The position numbers were made by a program, and so were the translations under genes. DNA of 64,000 nucleotides from Minisyncoccia bacterium (GTDB lineage Bacteria > Patescibacteriota > Minisyncoccia > Phycocordibacterales > UBA918). Location: the NCBI GenBank assembly GCA_046293175.1, contig JBKBPM010000001.1, forward strand, positions 4,484 through 68,483, read 5' to 3'. Below are positions 37,410 through 47,361 of the stretch, piece by piece; position 1 is the stretch's first letter; each line of letters begins with the position of its first letter. The notes under the pieces are model-generated. The model saw only the letters and a list, made by a program, of their open reading frames with translations, made no database searches and was not told the origin of the DNA.

Positions 37410-38198
37410 ATGAAGACAATTATTAACACGGTACCTAAACTAGCCTGGGAACTCTCTGGACATTCAATTTTAGCGACATTGATACTCAGTTGTCGACTCA
37501 GTTATTTTTATATCACCCGGTATTATTGGCCGGCCTGGGGCGATTTTTCAATCACTGTGTATGTGACAAGAAAAGCTCAATTGTTCACGCTTCATAGTTT
37601 TTTGGATGTCGCAGGCCTCGCTGAAGCATTTGTTGATAAAGAGTATTCGTTTGACGGAATTGATGAAGTCAAAACAATTTTAGATATCGGTGGACACATT
37701 GGTGACAGTACACTCTATTTTCGGATGAAGTATCCAAAAGTCACTATTTTTGTGGTGGAGCCAGCGACAGAAACGTTGAAGTATTTACGCAAAAATTTTG
37801 CTAACGATGACAAGGTAAAAATTATTCAAGGCGCATTGGCGGCTACTTCAGGGTATCTAGAACTACAAATTACAAAAAATTCTATGGGTCACTCCCTGAA
37901 ATCGCGCTCTTCTGGAGTTGGTCATGAGACAGTTAAAACTCATACGCTATCGGATATCTGTAGTCTGGCGGGGGTGTCTAAATTTGATATCACAAAATTT
38001 GATATTGAAGGCGGTGAAGATGCATTATTAAGTATCAAACCAAATACATATAGCCGGGCCTATATTGGAGAAATTCATCTTGACCTCCTGCCGGGTGTGT
38101 CACTCGAAGATTACAAAACTGTATTCAAAGATGCTTCAGTGACCTTCACAAACACAAAACACCAAAAGCGATATATAATGAGAGCCCTGTATGCATAA
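37410..38198 (+). CDS. FkbM-family SAM-dependent methyltransferase
   Basis: ILDIGGHIGDSTLYF, FVVEP, FDITKFDIEGGE motifs. Confidence 0.75.
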   Translation: MKTIINTVPKLAWELSGHSILATLILSCRLSYFYITRYYWPAWGDFSITVYVTRKAQLFTLHSFLDVAGLAEAFVDKEYSFDGIDEVKTILDIGGHIGDSTLYFRMKYPKVTIFVVEPATETLKYLRKNFANDDKVKIIQGALAATSGYLELQITKNSMGHSLKSRSSGVGHETVKTHTLSDICSLAGVSKFDITKFDIEGGEDALLSIKPNTYSRAYIGEIHLDLLPGVSLEDYKTVFKDASVTFTNTKHQKRYIMRALYA

Positions 38199-38829
38199 AA
38201 TATCCCCGCATTACTCAATTATTCGAACCGCTGAGTACAAAGCTCTAGAGAAGCTTTTGATGAACGGAAAGATTCTAGACGTTGGTGGAGGCAAGAATAC
38301 CGCCTACCACCACATCATTAAAGGAGAACATACCTTCACGGTCATTAACCTCGACGAAAATTCACAACCTGACTTTATTGTTGATATTGAAAAGTCATTT
38401 CCATTTGAGAATGGTGTATTTGATCACTGTGTTTGTCTTAATGTACTTGAGCATGTCTGGCTGTACGAAAACGCTTTTAGTGAAATGGTTCGGGTGACCA
38501 AGACGGGCGGTACGATAGTTATAACTACACCATTTATGCACCATATTCATGGTTCACCGGATGACTATCTGCGGTACACACCATCAGTCTATAAGAGAAT
38601 CGTTGAGCGATATGATTGTGAAGTCGTTTCAATTGAAGCTACCGGGCAGGGACTTTTTTCGGTTGTCTACCAATCAATCTTTATTGGGATTCCAACCAAG
38701 ACACTTAGGTATATTGGAAAGAAAATTGCCGTAGGTCTAGACAGCTTCTTTTCCACTCTTTCAAAACGTTATCGCAAAATGGCGGAGACTTTACCGCTTG
38801 GTTACATTGTGATCATAAAAAAGAAGTAG
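38191..38829 (+). CDS. Class I SAM-dependent methyltransferase (Methyltransf_11-like); start overlaps previous stop (ATGCATAA)
   Basis: ILDVGGGKNTAYH motif I; VCLNVLEHV; GGTIVITTP. Confidence 0.7.
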   Translation: MHKISPHYSIIRTAEYKALEKLLMNGKILDVGGGKNTAYHHIIKGEHTFTVINLDENSQPDFIVDIEKSFPFENGVFDHCVCLNVLEHVWLYENAFSEMVRVTKTGGTIVITTPFMHHIHGSPDDYLRYTPSVYKRIVERYDCEVVSIEATGQGLFSVVYQSIFIGIPTKTLRYIGKKIAVGLDSFFSTLSKRYRKMAETLPLGYIVIIKKK

Positions 38830-38866
38830 TCACTTTTTGGTGGTCAAGAAGGTAATAGGTTGATAT

Positions 38867-39814
38867 ATGAACATACTCGTCACCGGTGGAGCCGGATTTA
38901 TTGGCAACGCATTTACGCTAAAAGCAGTGGCCGAGGGGCATACGGTGACAGTCATCGATAACATGAATAGTTACTATGACCGCAGTCTCAAAGAGGCGCG
39001 TCGGGCGCGCTTGCCAGAGACAGTTACCTTTGTAGAAGGTGATATTACCGACCGTGCACTCCTCACTCGACTCTGCGAAGGAGAGCATTTTGACGCAATT
39101 GGTCACTTTGCGGCGCAGGCCGGGGTACGGTATTCGCTCGAACACCCTGAGGTGTATGTCGAGAGTAATTATGTGGGGACCTTTACGATTCTTGATGTTG
39201 CTCGCCTTTGTGGTATCACAAAAATTGTCATGGCGTCGACTTCGTCGGTCTATGGCGATGATACCCCTACTCCGTTTGTGGAGACAGCACCAGCTAGTCA
39301 CCCGGTATCCATTTATGCCGCGACGAAGCGTGGGGTAGAGATCTTGGCCTCGACCTACGCCCATCTCTACCAGATGGAGATTACGGCCCTGCGCTTCTTT
39401 ACGGTATATGGTCCGTGGGGGAGACCAGACATGGCCCTCTTTCATTTCACCAAACAAATGTTGGCCGGTGAACAGATTCCTGTCTACAACAACGGGCAGA
39501 TGCGCCGGGATTTTACCTACGTTGATGATATTGTCGACGGCTTTTACCGCGCAGTGACTACTTCCATCCCCGGATACACCGTCATGAATATTGGCAATGG
39601 GCAGCCGGTTGAACTGATGGACTTTATCCGACACCTTGAGTCCGCTCTTGGTGTAGAGGCGAAGATAGACTTTAAACCAATGCAGGCTGGGGATGTGCAT
39701 GAGACGTATGCTGATATCAGCCAAGCCAAAGAGAAGCTGGGATATGACCCAAAGACTGATATTAAGCAAGGAATCATATCTTTTGTCGAGTGGTACCGTA
39801 GTTATTATCAGTAG
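38867..39814 (+). CDS. UDP-glucuronate 4-epimerase-like NAD-dependent epimerase
   Basis: ILVTGGAGFIGNAF, YAATKRGVE, hallmark LRFFTVYGPWGRPDMA. Confidence 0.75.
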   Translation: MNILVTGGAGFIGNAFTLKAVAEGHTVTVIDNMNSYYDRSLKEARRARLPETVTFVEGDITDRALLTRLCEGEHFDAIGHFAAQAGVRYSLEHPEVYVESNYVGTFTILDVARLCGITKIVMASTSSVYGDDTPTPFVETAPASHPVSIYAATKRGVEILASTYAHLYQMEITALRFFTVYGPWGRPDMALFHFTKQMLAGEQIPVYNNGQMRRDFTYVDDIVDGFYRAVTTSIPGYTVMNIGNGQPVELMDFIRHLESALGVEAKIDFKPMQAGDVHETYADISQAKEKLGYDPKTDIKQGIISFVEWYRSYYQ

Positions 39815-39834
39815 GGCATTATGCTACTATAATG

Positions 39835-40490
39835 CCATGTCGGATTTTACTTTTTTACTGAAGGAAATTAGCAAAGGTCGCTCAGTGACCCGGTCATTTT
39901 TTAACAATGCGGTGCGCAAGATTTCGGTGCGTGGTAAGGTGATTGATATTGGAGCGGGGAGTAGTCCTCATTACCAGGACCTCATGCTCAAAGAGCCGGG
40001 AGCGGAGTTTGTGAGTATGGATCGCCTTACGGGGGACAGCACCAACTTTGAGACTGATGCGCTGCCGTACGAAACCGCGAGTTTTGATACGGTGATCTCG
40101 ATGAACGTGCTTGAGCATATCTACAATTACAAATGGCACTTTGGTGAACTCGTCCGGATCTTGAAGCCCCAAGGGAAATTCGTGATGTTTGTGCCGTTTT
40201 TGTACATGTACCACCCAGGACATAGTGATGGGCTCCTTGATTGTCACCGCTATACCCGTGATGCACTTGAGCGCATGTGTGCGGAGGTGGGTCTTACCGC
40301 CGAAGTAAAGGAGGTAAGTCGGGGCGTCTGTATCGCAGCGCTTAATATGTGTATCTTGTCGATGCCAAAAATCATCCGGCCTTTCTTCTTTGTACCAGCC
40401 TATCTCCTTGATGGTCTCTTAATCAAATACCGTCCGCTTTACCCGCGTCAGTTTCCACTCGGGTACATGGTGGTAGCCGTAAAAAAATAA
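39835..40490 (+). CDS. Class I SAM-dependent methyltransferase, paralog of 38191-38829
   Basis: VIDIGAGSSPHY; ISMNVLEHI; C-terminus PLGYMVVAVKK vs PLGYIVIIKKK in paralog. Confidence 0.65.
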
Positions 40491-40493
40491 TCT

Positions 40494-41522
40494 ATGGTCC
40501 CCATCTATATTTTTAGACGCAAAGATGGTATCAAAGATTCGATTTTGTTGACCCTGATGCAGAGTCAAAATGAGTACGAAGGTGGACTCTTTCAGCAAAT
40601 CAAAACGGCGCCATTTCGTACGCTCGCTACGTTTGTGGGAGAAGGGGAGTCAGCGAAGTATGTGATGATTCCACACAATTATTTTGCTATCGAAAATGAT
40701 ACTGCGTACCTAGAGGAAGCAGCCGCCTATGCGAAACAAATTGGTGCGAAACTCTTTGTCTTTGCCTACGGCGATAGTGCTGAACCGATTGTGATTGATA
40801 ATGCGATTATTATTCGCTCCTCAGCCTACACGTCACGCCTGCGGCCAAACGAAATCATCATGCCGGCCTTTGTGGAGGATATCGGTGAGCAATTCGGAGT
40901 ACACTATCGTGAGAAGACCGTACCGGTACCAACGATTGGTTTTACCGGTTGGGTACGATTCGGAAATTTTAAACAAGAGTATAAGTACCAAATCAAAATC
41001 TGGCGCTCAAAAATGGCTATCTGGTTTGCGGGTGCGCCAAAGCCCTCGCTCCAGGGTCTCTACTACCGTCGCAAAGCCATTGATTACATTAATCGCGCCA
41101 AGCGGGTAACCGGTCGCTTTATCATGCGTGGTTCGTACTCAGGGAGCGCAAAGACAATCGAAGCAGATCCGAGTGTGGTACGCAAGCAATTTGTAGACTC
41201 AATCACCGAGGCGGATTTGTCGCTGGTGGTACGGGGCGACGGCAACTTCTCACTGCGGTTCTTTGAAGTGCTCTCGCTTGGCCGGATTCCGGTGTTTGTG
41301 GATACGGAGACACCACTCCCACGCGTGACAGAGATTGATTACGACTCGTTTATGATTCGGGTTCCGCACGAGCGACTCCATGATATAGAAACTATTGTTG
41401 GTGATTTTTGGGACGCTTGTACCCCTGAGCAATACCAGGCTATGCAGCAAAAAGCCCGTACCATCTTTGAGACGAAGCTTCGAGCTGATCGATTTTACAC
41501 TGACCTTTTTGCCACCCTATGA
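40494..41522 (+). CDS. Exostosin/GT47-like glycosyltransferase (tentative)
   Basis: LSLVVRGDGNFSLRFFEVLSLGRIPVFV resembles the GT47 C-terminal motif (PRGD..S.R..EAL..GCIPV). Confidence 0.4.
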   Translation: MVPIYIFRRKDGIKDSILLTLMQSQNEYEGGLFQQIKTAPFRTLATFVGEGESAKYVMIPHNYFAIENDTAYLEEAAAYAKQIGAKLFVFAYGDSAEPIVIDNAIIIRSSAYTSRLRPNEIIMPAFVEDIGEQFGVHYREKTVPVPTIGFTGWVRFGNFKQEYKYQIKIWRSKMAIWFAGAPKPSLQGLYYRRKAIDYINRAKRVTGRFIMRGSYSGSAKTIEADPSVVRKQFVDSITEADLSLVVRGDGNFSLRFFEVLSLGRIPVFVDTETPLPRVTEIDYDSFMIRVPHERLHDIETIVGDFWDACTPEQYQAMQQKARTIFETKLRADRFYTDLFATL

Positions 41523-42358
41523 GCATTCTTTTTAATGCCTTTATTTCTATCTCTAGTCTCTTTAAAGCACCGCTCTCTGCGCGACGAAAACTTTTGGTGT
41601 TGTGGTGGTACCTCTGTATCTTGGTAGCCTTACCATTCTCTCGACTGACGCGTCAGCGTCGTATTTATTGTGCTGGGTTTGTCATTGAGGGGTTTGATCT
41701 TGCGACATTACGGTTCCTTTACGAAGAAACTTTTTTGCGTCAAGAATACAACGTGCAGCTTCCGAAAGCACCGTACTGTATTGATGCCGGAGCCAATATT
41801 GGTATTGCCACCCTCTTTATCAAGTGGCTCTATCCCGACGCTCACGTACTGGCGATTGAACCAGATCCTGCCACCGTCGCACTCTTGCGCAAGAATATAA
41901 AGCGGAACAAACTCAAGGACGTCACTGTTTTCCATGGTGCGGTTAGTGACCAAGCTGGCCAGTTATCGCTCTTTATTCATCCTACGAAGCAAGGGTCGCT
42001 GAAGATGAGCAACTATGCCCGCAAGGGTATGACGGTTGAAGTACAAGTACCGGCCGAGCGACTGTCGACACTCCTTACTAAAGCTGGGTGGTCACATATC
42101 GATTTTGCCAAGATTGATATTGAAGGAGCAGAGTGGCAGGTTCTCCGTGACCTCACGACTAGCGGCTGGCTCGCCAAAGTAGGACAGTACGTCATCGAAT
42201 ACCATCACCTCATGGGTACCCACGAATCAAAATTCAGTGAGTTCCTCAGGGACTTTGAAGCAGCGGGGTATCTCTACCAAATGAATACCAAGTCGTTGCC
42301 GTATAACCACGCCCCACAGTTTCAGGACGTGCTTCTGTATCTGAAGCGGGCGGTATAA
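41519..42358 (+). CDS. FkbM-family methyltransferase
   Basis: CIDAGANIGIATLF, AIEPDP, FAKIDIEGAE. Confidence 0.7.
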   Translation: MSILFNAFISISSLFKAPLSARRKLLVLWWYLCILVALPFSRLTRQRRIYCAGFVIEGFDLATLRFLYEETFLRQEYNVQLPKAPYCIDAGANIGIATLFIKWLYPDAHVLAIEPDPATVALLRKNIKRNKLKDVTVFHGAVSDQAGQLSLFIHPTKQGSLKMSNYARKGMTVEVQVPAERLSTLLTKAGWSHIDFAKIDIEGAEWQVLRDLTTSGWLAKVGQYVIEYHHLMGTHESKFSEFLRDFEAAGYLYQMNTKSLPYNHAPQFQDVLLYLKRAV

Positions 42359-42362
42359 CATT

Positions 42363-43514
42363 ATGGCTACTGATACCCGTAGTGTCATTGTCTATGTACT
42401 CCCGAGTCTCGTCGCTTCCGGTGGTATCGAGCGGCAGTTTTTGGCCCAGATGAAAGTGATTGATACGACGAAGTTCGTCATCCATGTAGTAACGCTTTGT
42501 ACCTACCCTGGTCGTGAATCACTCTATGAGCAGCTACCCGAGCATGTGACCGCGCATGAACTAGCGTGGCGGGGTGGGTTTGATGTGAAGACAATTTTTA
42601 GATTGTTTCGTCTCTTACGTCGTCTACGACCGGCGGTAGTAGTATCAAGTATGGTGACCGCAAACACGCTGGTGCGATATCTCCGGCCCTTGGTGGGATA
42701 TAAGGTAATAGCGCGCGAGCATAACACCTACGAAGACAAGACATTACGACACAAAATCCGCGATCATATTGGCGCTTACTTTTCGAGTCGGATTGTCGCG
42801 GTCTCAAAAACAGTGGCTGATTTCTCCTCTCACCAATCATGGATACCAAGGCGTTGGTTTACGGTTATCTACAATGGGATTGATACCAAACGGGTGGCCG
42901 AATTTTTGGCTACGGAAGCACCAATCAAAGTTCCGGCATTACGAGCGGAGTTTGGTTGGAGCGAAGAAACCAAGATGATTCTTAATGTTGCTCGACTCAA
43001 AAAGCACAAAAATCACCGTCTTCTTATTGACGGTTTTGCACTCTACCTCAAAACGCACCCGACTGACGACGTTGTTCTTTGTATTGTCAGCGCCGGCAGT
43101 GAAGAAGCGAACCTTCGTGCGTATATTGCCGAGCTTGGGCTCCAAAACCGCATTGTCTTGACCGGCTACCGCAATGACGTGTATACCTTTTTTGCTGCAG
43201 CCAAGGCCTTCTTTTTGACGTCTGACATTGAAGGATTTCCCAATGTCGCCATTGAAGCGCTTGCGTTTGGCGTACCGGTCGCATCAACTATCGTCCCTGG
43301 TATTGATGAGATTATTGTTGATGGGGAACAGGGGAAACTCTTAGAACGTACCCCGGCCTCGGTTTGTGCTACAATGGACTGGTTTTTTAAGTTATCAGAT
43401 GATGACTATGCGAAGGTAGCAATGCGCGCCAAGGCTACGGCAGCAGCATTTGATATCAAACGGATTGTTGGGGAATACGAAGACTTATTTTGTGAACTGA
43501 TAACGAGAAAATGA
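42363..43514 (+). CDS. GT4 glycosyltransferase
   Basis: VIVYVLPSLVASGGIERQ; C-domain FLTSDIEGFPNVAIEALAFGVPVASTIVPGIDEII. Confidence 0.8.
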   Translation: MATDTRSVIVYVLPSLVASGGIERQFLAQMKVIDTTKFVIHVVTLCTYPGRESLYEQLPEHVTAHELAWRGGFDVKTIFRLFRLLRRLRPAVVVSSMVTANTLVRYLRPLVGYKVIAREHNTYEDKTLRHKIRDHIGAYFSSRIVAVSKTVADFSSHQSWIPRRWFTVIYNGIDTKRVAEFLATEAPIKVPALRAEFGWSEETKMILNVARLKKHKNHRLLIDGFALYLKTHPTDDVVLCIVSAGSEEANLRAYIAELGLQNRIVLTGYRNDVYTFFAAAKAFFLTSDIEGFPNVAIEALAFGVPVASTIVPGIDEIIVDGEQGKLLERTPASVCATMDWFFKLSDDDYAKVAMRAKATAAAFDIKRIVGEYEDLFCELITRK

Positions 43515-43515
43515 T

Positions 43516-44364
43516 ATGAAAGAAATTTGCGGAGACGTTTCAAAAGAAAATAATCTATCAGTACTCGAGAAGACTCAGTATTTTTTTCATAACCTTACCC
43601 GTGGTCTCTACGGGCACCACACCTGGCTTTGGTGCAAACGGTTGCCTGCACCAACCAATTTCAGTAAACGGATTACTGATTCACCGATGCGGTTTTTACT
43701 TGATAATGCCTTTGCTGAAGTAATCAAGCGGTATGTGCCAGCCGCATCGCTGTCAGTATTTGATATTGGGTCAGGAACAGCGTACTACCGGTCAGCCTTG
43801 GCTGCCCTTGGTAAGAGTGGCACCTATACCGGGTTAGATGTGTATCGCCACCCTCGCTATAGTGACGATGCGGTACCAGCCTTTGCGTCATCAATGATTA
43901 TCAGAAAGATTGAGGATCTTGTGCCAACTACCACCTATGATTTGGTGATGAGTATCACTGCCCTTGAGCATATACAAGATGATCAAAAAGCGATTACGCT
44001 CTCGACTGCCTTGGCAGGACAAAATGGGGTGCAGGTACATATTGCGCCGTCATTCCTGTCACTCTTTTTGTATCTGTGGCATGGCTATCGGCAGTACACG
44101 CCGTGGCGGGTAAAACACTTGTTTAAAGGGTTGCCGTATGATGTGTATCGTCTCGGTGGGTGGGGAAGTTTTTTGGTACACTTCCTTTTTATTACCGTAC
44201 CAGAGCGAATTATCGGTTTGCCGTCACCTCGTCGCTTCGCCATCTACCACTACAGTCTGCGGGTTGGTCTCTTTGTAGACCGCCTTATCCCGTTTGGATC
44301 AATCGCCTACATCGTCGTGGTGCGACCACAAAAAACCTATGAATCGTCTTCGACAAAAAATTAA
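43516..44364 (+). CDS. SAM-dependent methyltransferase (tentative)
   Basis: VFDIGSGTAYY motif I, ITALEHI motif. Confidence 0.5.
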   Translation: MKEICGDVSKENNLSVLEKTQYFFHNLTRGLYGHHTWLWCKRLPAPTNFSKRITDSPMRFLLDNAFAEVIKRYVPAASLSVFDIGSGTAYYRSALAALGKSGTYTGLDVYRHPRYSDDAVPAFASSMIIRKIEDLVPTTTYDLVMSITALEHIQDDQKAITLSTALAGQNGVQVHIAPSFLSLFLYLWHGYRQYTPWRVKHLFKGLPYDVYRLGGWGSFLVHFLFITVPERIIGLPSPRRFAIYHYSLRVGLFVDRLIPFGSIAYIVVVRPQKTYESSSTKN

Positions 44365-45148
44365 ATCACTCACCCAAGCCCAAAAGTTTGGTACTACGTG
44401 GTTGGATCGTGGCTACATCGTAGCGATGTTGTTGTGGCGTCCATTGCGGCGGCGTTTTGGTATCAAGGATACACCGTGCGTATTTCATATCACTATTAAT
44501 GCCACACCACTCTCGGTGACCCTAAATGGTTCGCATGATGAGTTTTTGATTTTTGACGAAATCATGATTCGTCAGGAGTACAACGTACCCGCTCTGAAGA
44601 GTAAAGAGGTGCGACACATTATAGATGCTGGCGCCAATATTGGTCTTGTATCCTTGTTTTATAGTGCCATGTACAAAGATGCGGTGATTCATGCCTATGA
44701 ACCGAATCCTGAGTTATTCCCACGCCTGCGAGCGCAAGTGGCGCAGTGTCCACGGATAGTGCCGCATGAATTGGCACTAGGTGGCCACAGTGGCCAGGTA
44801 CAGTTTTATGTGAATCCAGAAAAAAGCATTGCTTCATCACTGACTCCAAGACCTGATATGCCACTGGTGCCGTACGAAGTGACCGTAGCGGCACTTGATG
44901 AGGTGGTGAGAGAAGCGGGGATGGAGCAGATTGATATTCTTCAGTTTGATATTGAGGGAGCGGAATATGAAATGTTGGCACACTCAACAGCGGCGGCAGC
45001 GAGCCGGGTTTTGATTGGTGAAATCCATGAAGATTTAAGTGGACACAAACTTGAAGATTTTGTGAAGTTGCTTCCACATCATGACGTGACCGTGGCTCCT
45101 GGTCGAAAGGCGGGTCGGTATGTAATCCTTGGTATACACGAAGGATAG
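44339..45148 (+). CDS. FkbM-family methyltransferase (start at MNRLRQ)
   Basis: IIDAGANIGLVSLF, AYEPNP, LQFDIEGAE. Confidence 0.7.
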   Translation: MNRLRQKIKSLTQAQKFGTTWLDRGYIVAMLLWRPLRRRFGIKDTPCVFHITINATPLSVTLNGSHDEFLIFDEIMIRQEYNVPALKSKEVRHIIDAGANIGLVSLFYSAMYKDAVIHAYEPNPELFPRLRAQVAQCPRIVPHELALGGHSGQVQFYVNPEKSIASSLTPRPDMPLVPYEVTVAALDEVVREAGMEQIDILQFDIEGAEYEMLAHSTAAAASRVLIGEIHEDLSGHKLEDFVKLLPHHDVTVAPGRKAGRYVILGIHEG

Positions 45149-45155
45149 TCTCTGT

Positions 45156-46061
45156 ATGAAAATTTCCATTATTATCGCTACCTACAACCGAGCACAATTG
45201 CTACCAAAAGCAATTGCGAGTGTACTGGCTCAGACCTATCAAAACTGGGAGTTGGTCGTGGTAGATGATGGTTCTACAGATACTACTGACGAGGTGATGC
45301 GGGGGTACACTCACGATCTTCGAATTATCTTCCACCGTTTGTCACAAAATCAAGGAGCGACCGCTGCTCGCAACTATGGCCTTTCAAAAGCAACAGGAGA
45401 TGTACTCATGGTTTGGGATAGTGACGACATACTTTTTCCAGAGGCCTTAGAGCGGGTGACAACATTGTTTGCTGAACAACCAGAAGCGAGTATTATTTCG
45501 GCACACTGCCGGCAAATCAAGCAAGGAGCGGTGATTCCATACACGCCGCTTGCGACCGGTTATAAAAGTGTTGAAGCTATTGTGGCGCGTATATTACCAG
45601 CCAATACAAAAATTCGAGCTGTTAAAAAATCAGTGTTTACTGATGTTCGCTACGAGGCACGAAATATCGACTTCACCGTTAACTGCTATTTAGCAGAACG
45701 GGGACAATGGTATCACAGCAACGAAGAGCTTGGTGAGTTGTATCTCGAGTCTGATACTGTGTCATTGACCACGAGTCGCTATACTTTCAAACCGGGTCGA
45801 TCGATTGAACGGGTTGAACCACTCAAACGATTTTTGACACACTTTAAGACAATTCTCATTAAGCATGCGCCACAACGTCTCGGGGCGCTGTCGTACGGTG
45901 CTTCGATTGGATTACTGTTGATGAAAGAGAAGCGCCAAGCGATTCAGTATGCTTGGCAGGCAGTACGATACGATTGGTCACTGAAACACGCGTTGTGGTT
46001 TTTGTTTGTTCTATTGCCTGGGTCAGGCGTGCTGCTCCGCTTTTACACCGGTGCCACTTAG
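45156..46061 (+). CDS. GT2 family glycosyltransferase
   Basis: ISIIIATYNRAQLLPKAIASVLAQTYQNWELVVVDDGSTDTT. Confidence 0.75.
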   Translation: MKISIIIATYNRAQLLPKAIASVLAQTYQNWELVVVDDGSTDTTDEVMRGYTHDLRIIFHRLSQNQGATAARNYGLSKATGDVLMVWDSDDILFPEALERVTTLFAEQPEASIISAHCRQIKQGAVIPYTPLATGYKSVEAIVARILPANTKIRAVKKSVFTDVRYEARNIDFTVNCYLAERGQWYHSNEELGELYLESDTVSLTTSRYTFKPGRSIERVEPLKRFLTHFKTILIKHAPQRLGALSYGASIGLLLMKEKRQAIQYAWQAVRYDWSLKHALWFLFVLLPGSGVLLRFYTGAT

Positions 46062-47288
46062 TGGACGATAGAAATACCACAAGACAATAAAGAGGCGGGT
46101 TATTTCACAAATAAACATCGCGGCGAGTACGCCAAAGATACCAAAGAGTGGCGTCAGGACGAGGAGCAGAATAATCTTGAGTCCCGGGATAACGGTTTGG
46201 ATAATATAGAGCGCCTTGGTGTCGGCGTGGGCTTTAATCGCTTCTTGCAGTAGGCCAGCCGGGAAGAAGAGTATCAAAAAGGCAAATACCTGTGAGTAGA
46301 TAATTGCTTCGGTATAGCCAGGGACAAAGTAGCTAAACAAGAATGGTGCAACAGCAACATACGCAAGCACAATCCCAATCGAGACGATCAATAGGGCCAG
46401 GAGTTTTGGCATCATGGTCGACTGAAGATGAGTGAGTGATCGCTGGCTAAAACGAGGGAGCGTAATGGTAGTGAGGATTTTGTTGAGATAACGTAGCTGC
46501 TGGGCAGGGGCAATGGCAATCGTGTAGATAGCTAATTGTACCGGACCAAGCACATGCCAGATGACGACCTTATCAAGTTGGTAGGAGACACCACCAAGAA
46601 TGTTCATGAGACTCAGGTGTTTGCCGTAGGTGGTTGATTGATGGTCGCGTTTGTTATTCGGTTTGTAGTGATTGGTGACCACGTAATAGAGCACGATATG
46701 GAGTACGACCTGGCTCACCATATAGACGGCGAAAAGGGTGAGGATGGCAGTCGTGAAATAGAGGGTGATCAGCGATGCGAGTACCGGCACCACATTAATG
46801 AGGATACCAACAATACTGTAGTTCTTGTGGTCATGGCGACCATTGATGAGTGCGGTGTAGAGCGGTAGAGCATTAATGAGTGGGGCAGTGAGAGTGGCGA
46901 CGAGACTCCCCAGACCAATGACGAGGTTGCCTTGCCATAAGTAGTAACCGCTGATACCAAGTCCAAGCGCTACCATCCCAAAGCTGTACCGGAGTGAGGT
47001 TTTGATGCCAGCCTGAAGTTCGCCCTCGTATCCGCGGGCAACTGAGCGGGTGACCGAGGTAGCAAAGCCGGTGAGGGCAATCACACTAATAAAACCAAAG
47101 ATGGTGAGGAGGTACTTGTAGGTACCAAAGTCGTTTTCACTCAGGCTATTCGCTAAAAGCACGGTGAGAACAAGGCTCCCGACACTGCCAATCATCTGAC
47201 CACCAAAAAGCCAGAGCGTGCTCGGGAGATGGGTGCGCAGGGAAAGACGACTACGTCGTTCAATCGCAGAAATGACTCTTGACCACAT
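46023..47288 (-). CDS. Wzx-like oligosaccharide flippase (MOP superfamily polysaccharide biosynthesis protein)
   Basis: 421 aa, about 12 TM helices, typical PST-family layout, inside glycan locus. Confidence 0.7.
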   Translation of the reverse strand: MWSRVISAIERRSRLSLRTHLPSTLWLFGGQMIGSVGSLVLTVLLANSLSENDFGTYKYLLTIFGFISVIALTGFATSVTRSVARGYEGELQAGIKTSLRYSFGMVALGLGISGYYLWQGNLVIGLGSLVATLTAPLINALPLYTALINGRHDHKNYSIVGILINVVPVLASLITLYFTTAILTLFAVYMVSQVVLHIVLYYVVTNHYKPNNKRDHQSTTYGKHLSLMNILGGVSYQLDKVVIWHVLGPVQLAIYTIAIAPAQQLRYLNKILTTITLPRFSQRSLTHLQSTMMPKLLALLIVSIGIVLAYVAVAPFLFSYFVPGYTEAIIYSQVFAFLILFFPAGLLQEAIKAHADTKALYIIQTVIPGLKIILLLVLTPLFGIFGVLAAMFICEITRLFIVLWYFYRPLSGTGVKAEQHA

Positions 47289-47361
47289 AAATATTGGTAT
47301 AGTTTATCAAACTATATAAGAAGACGATACGTTACAAGCCTTTTCATTTCGTTTTTCGTGG

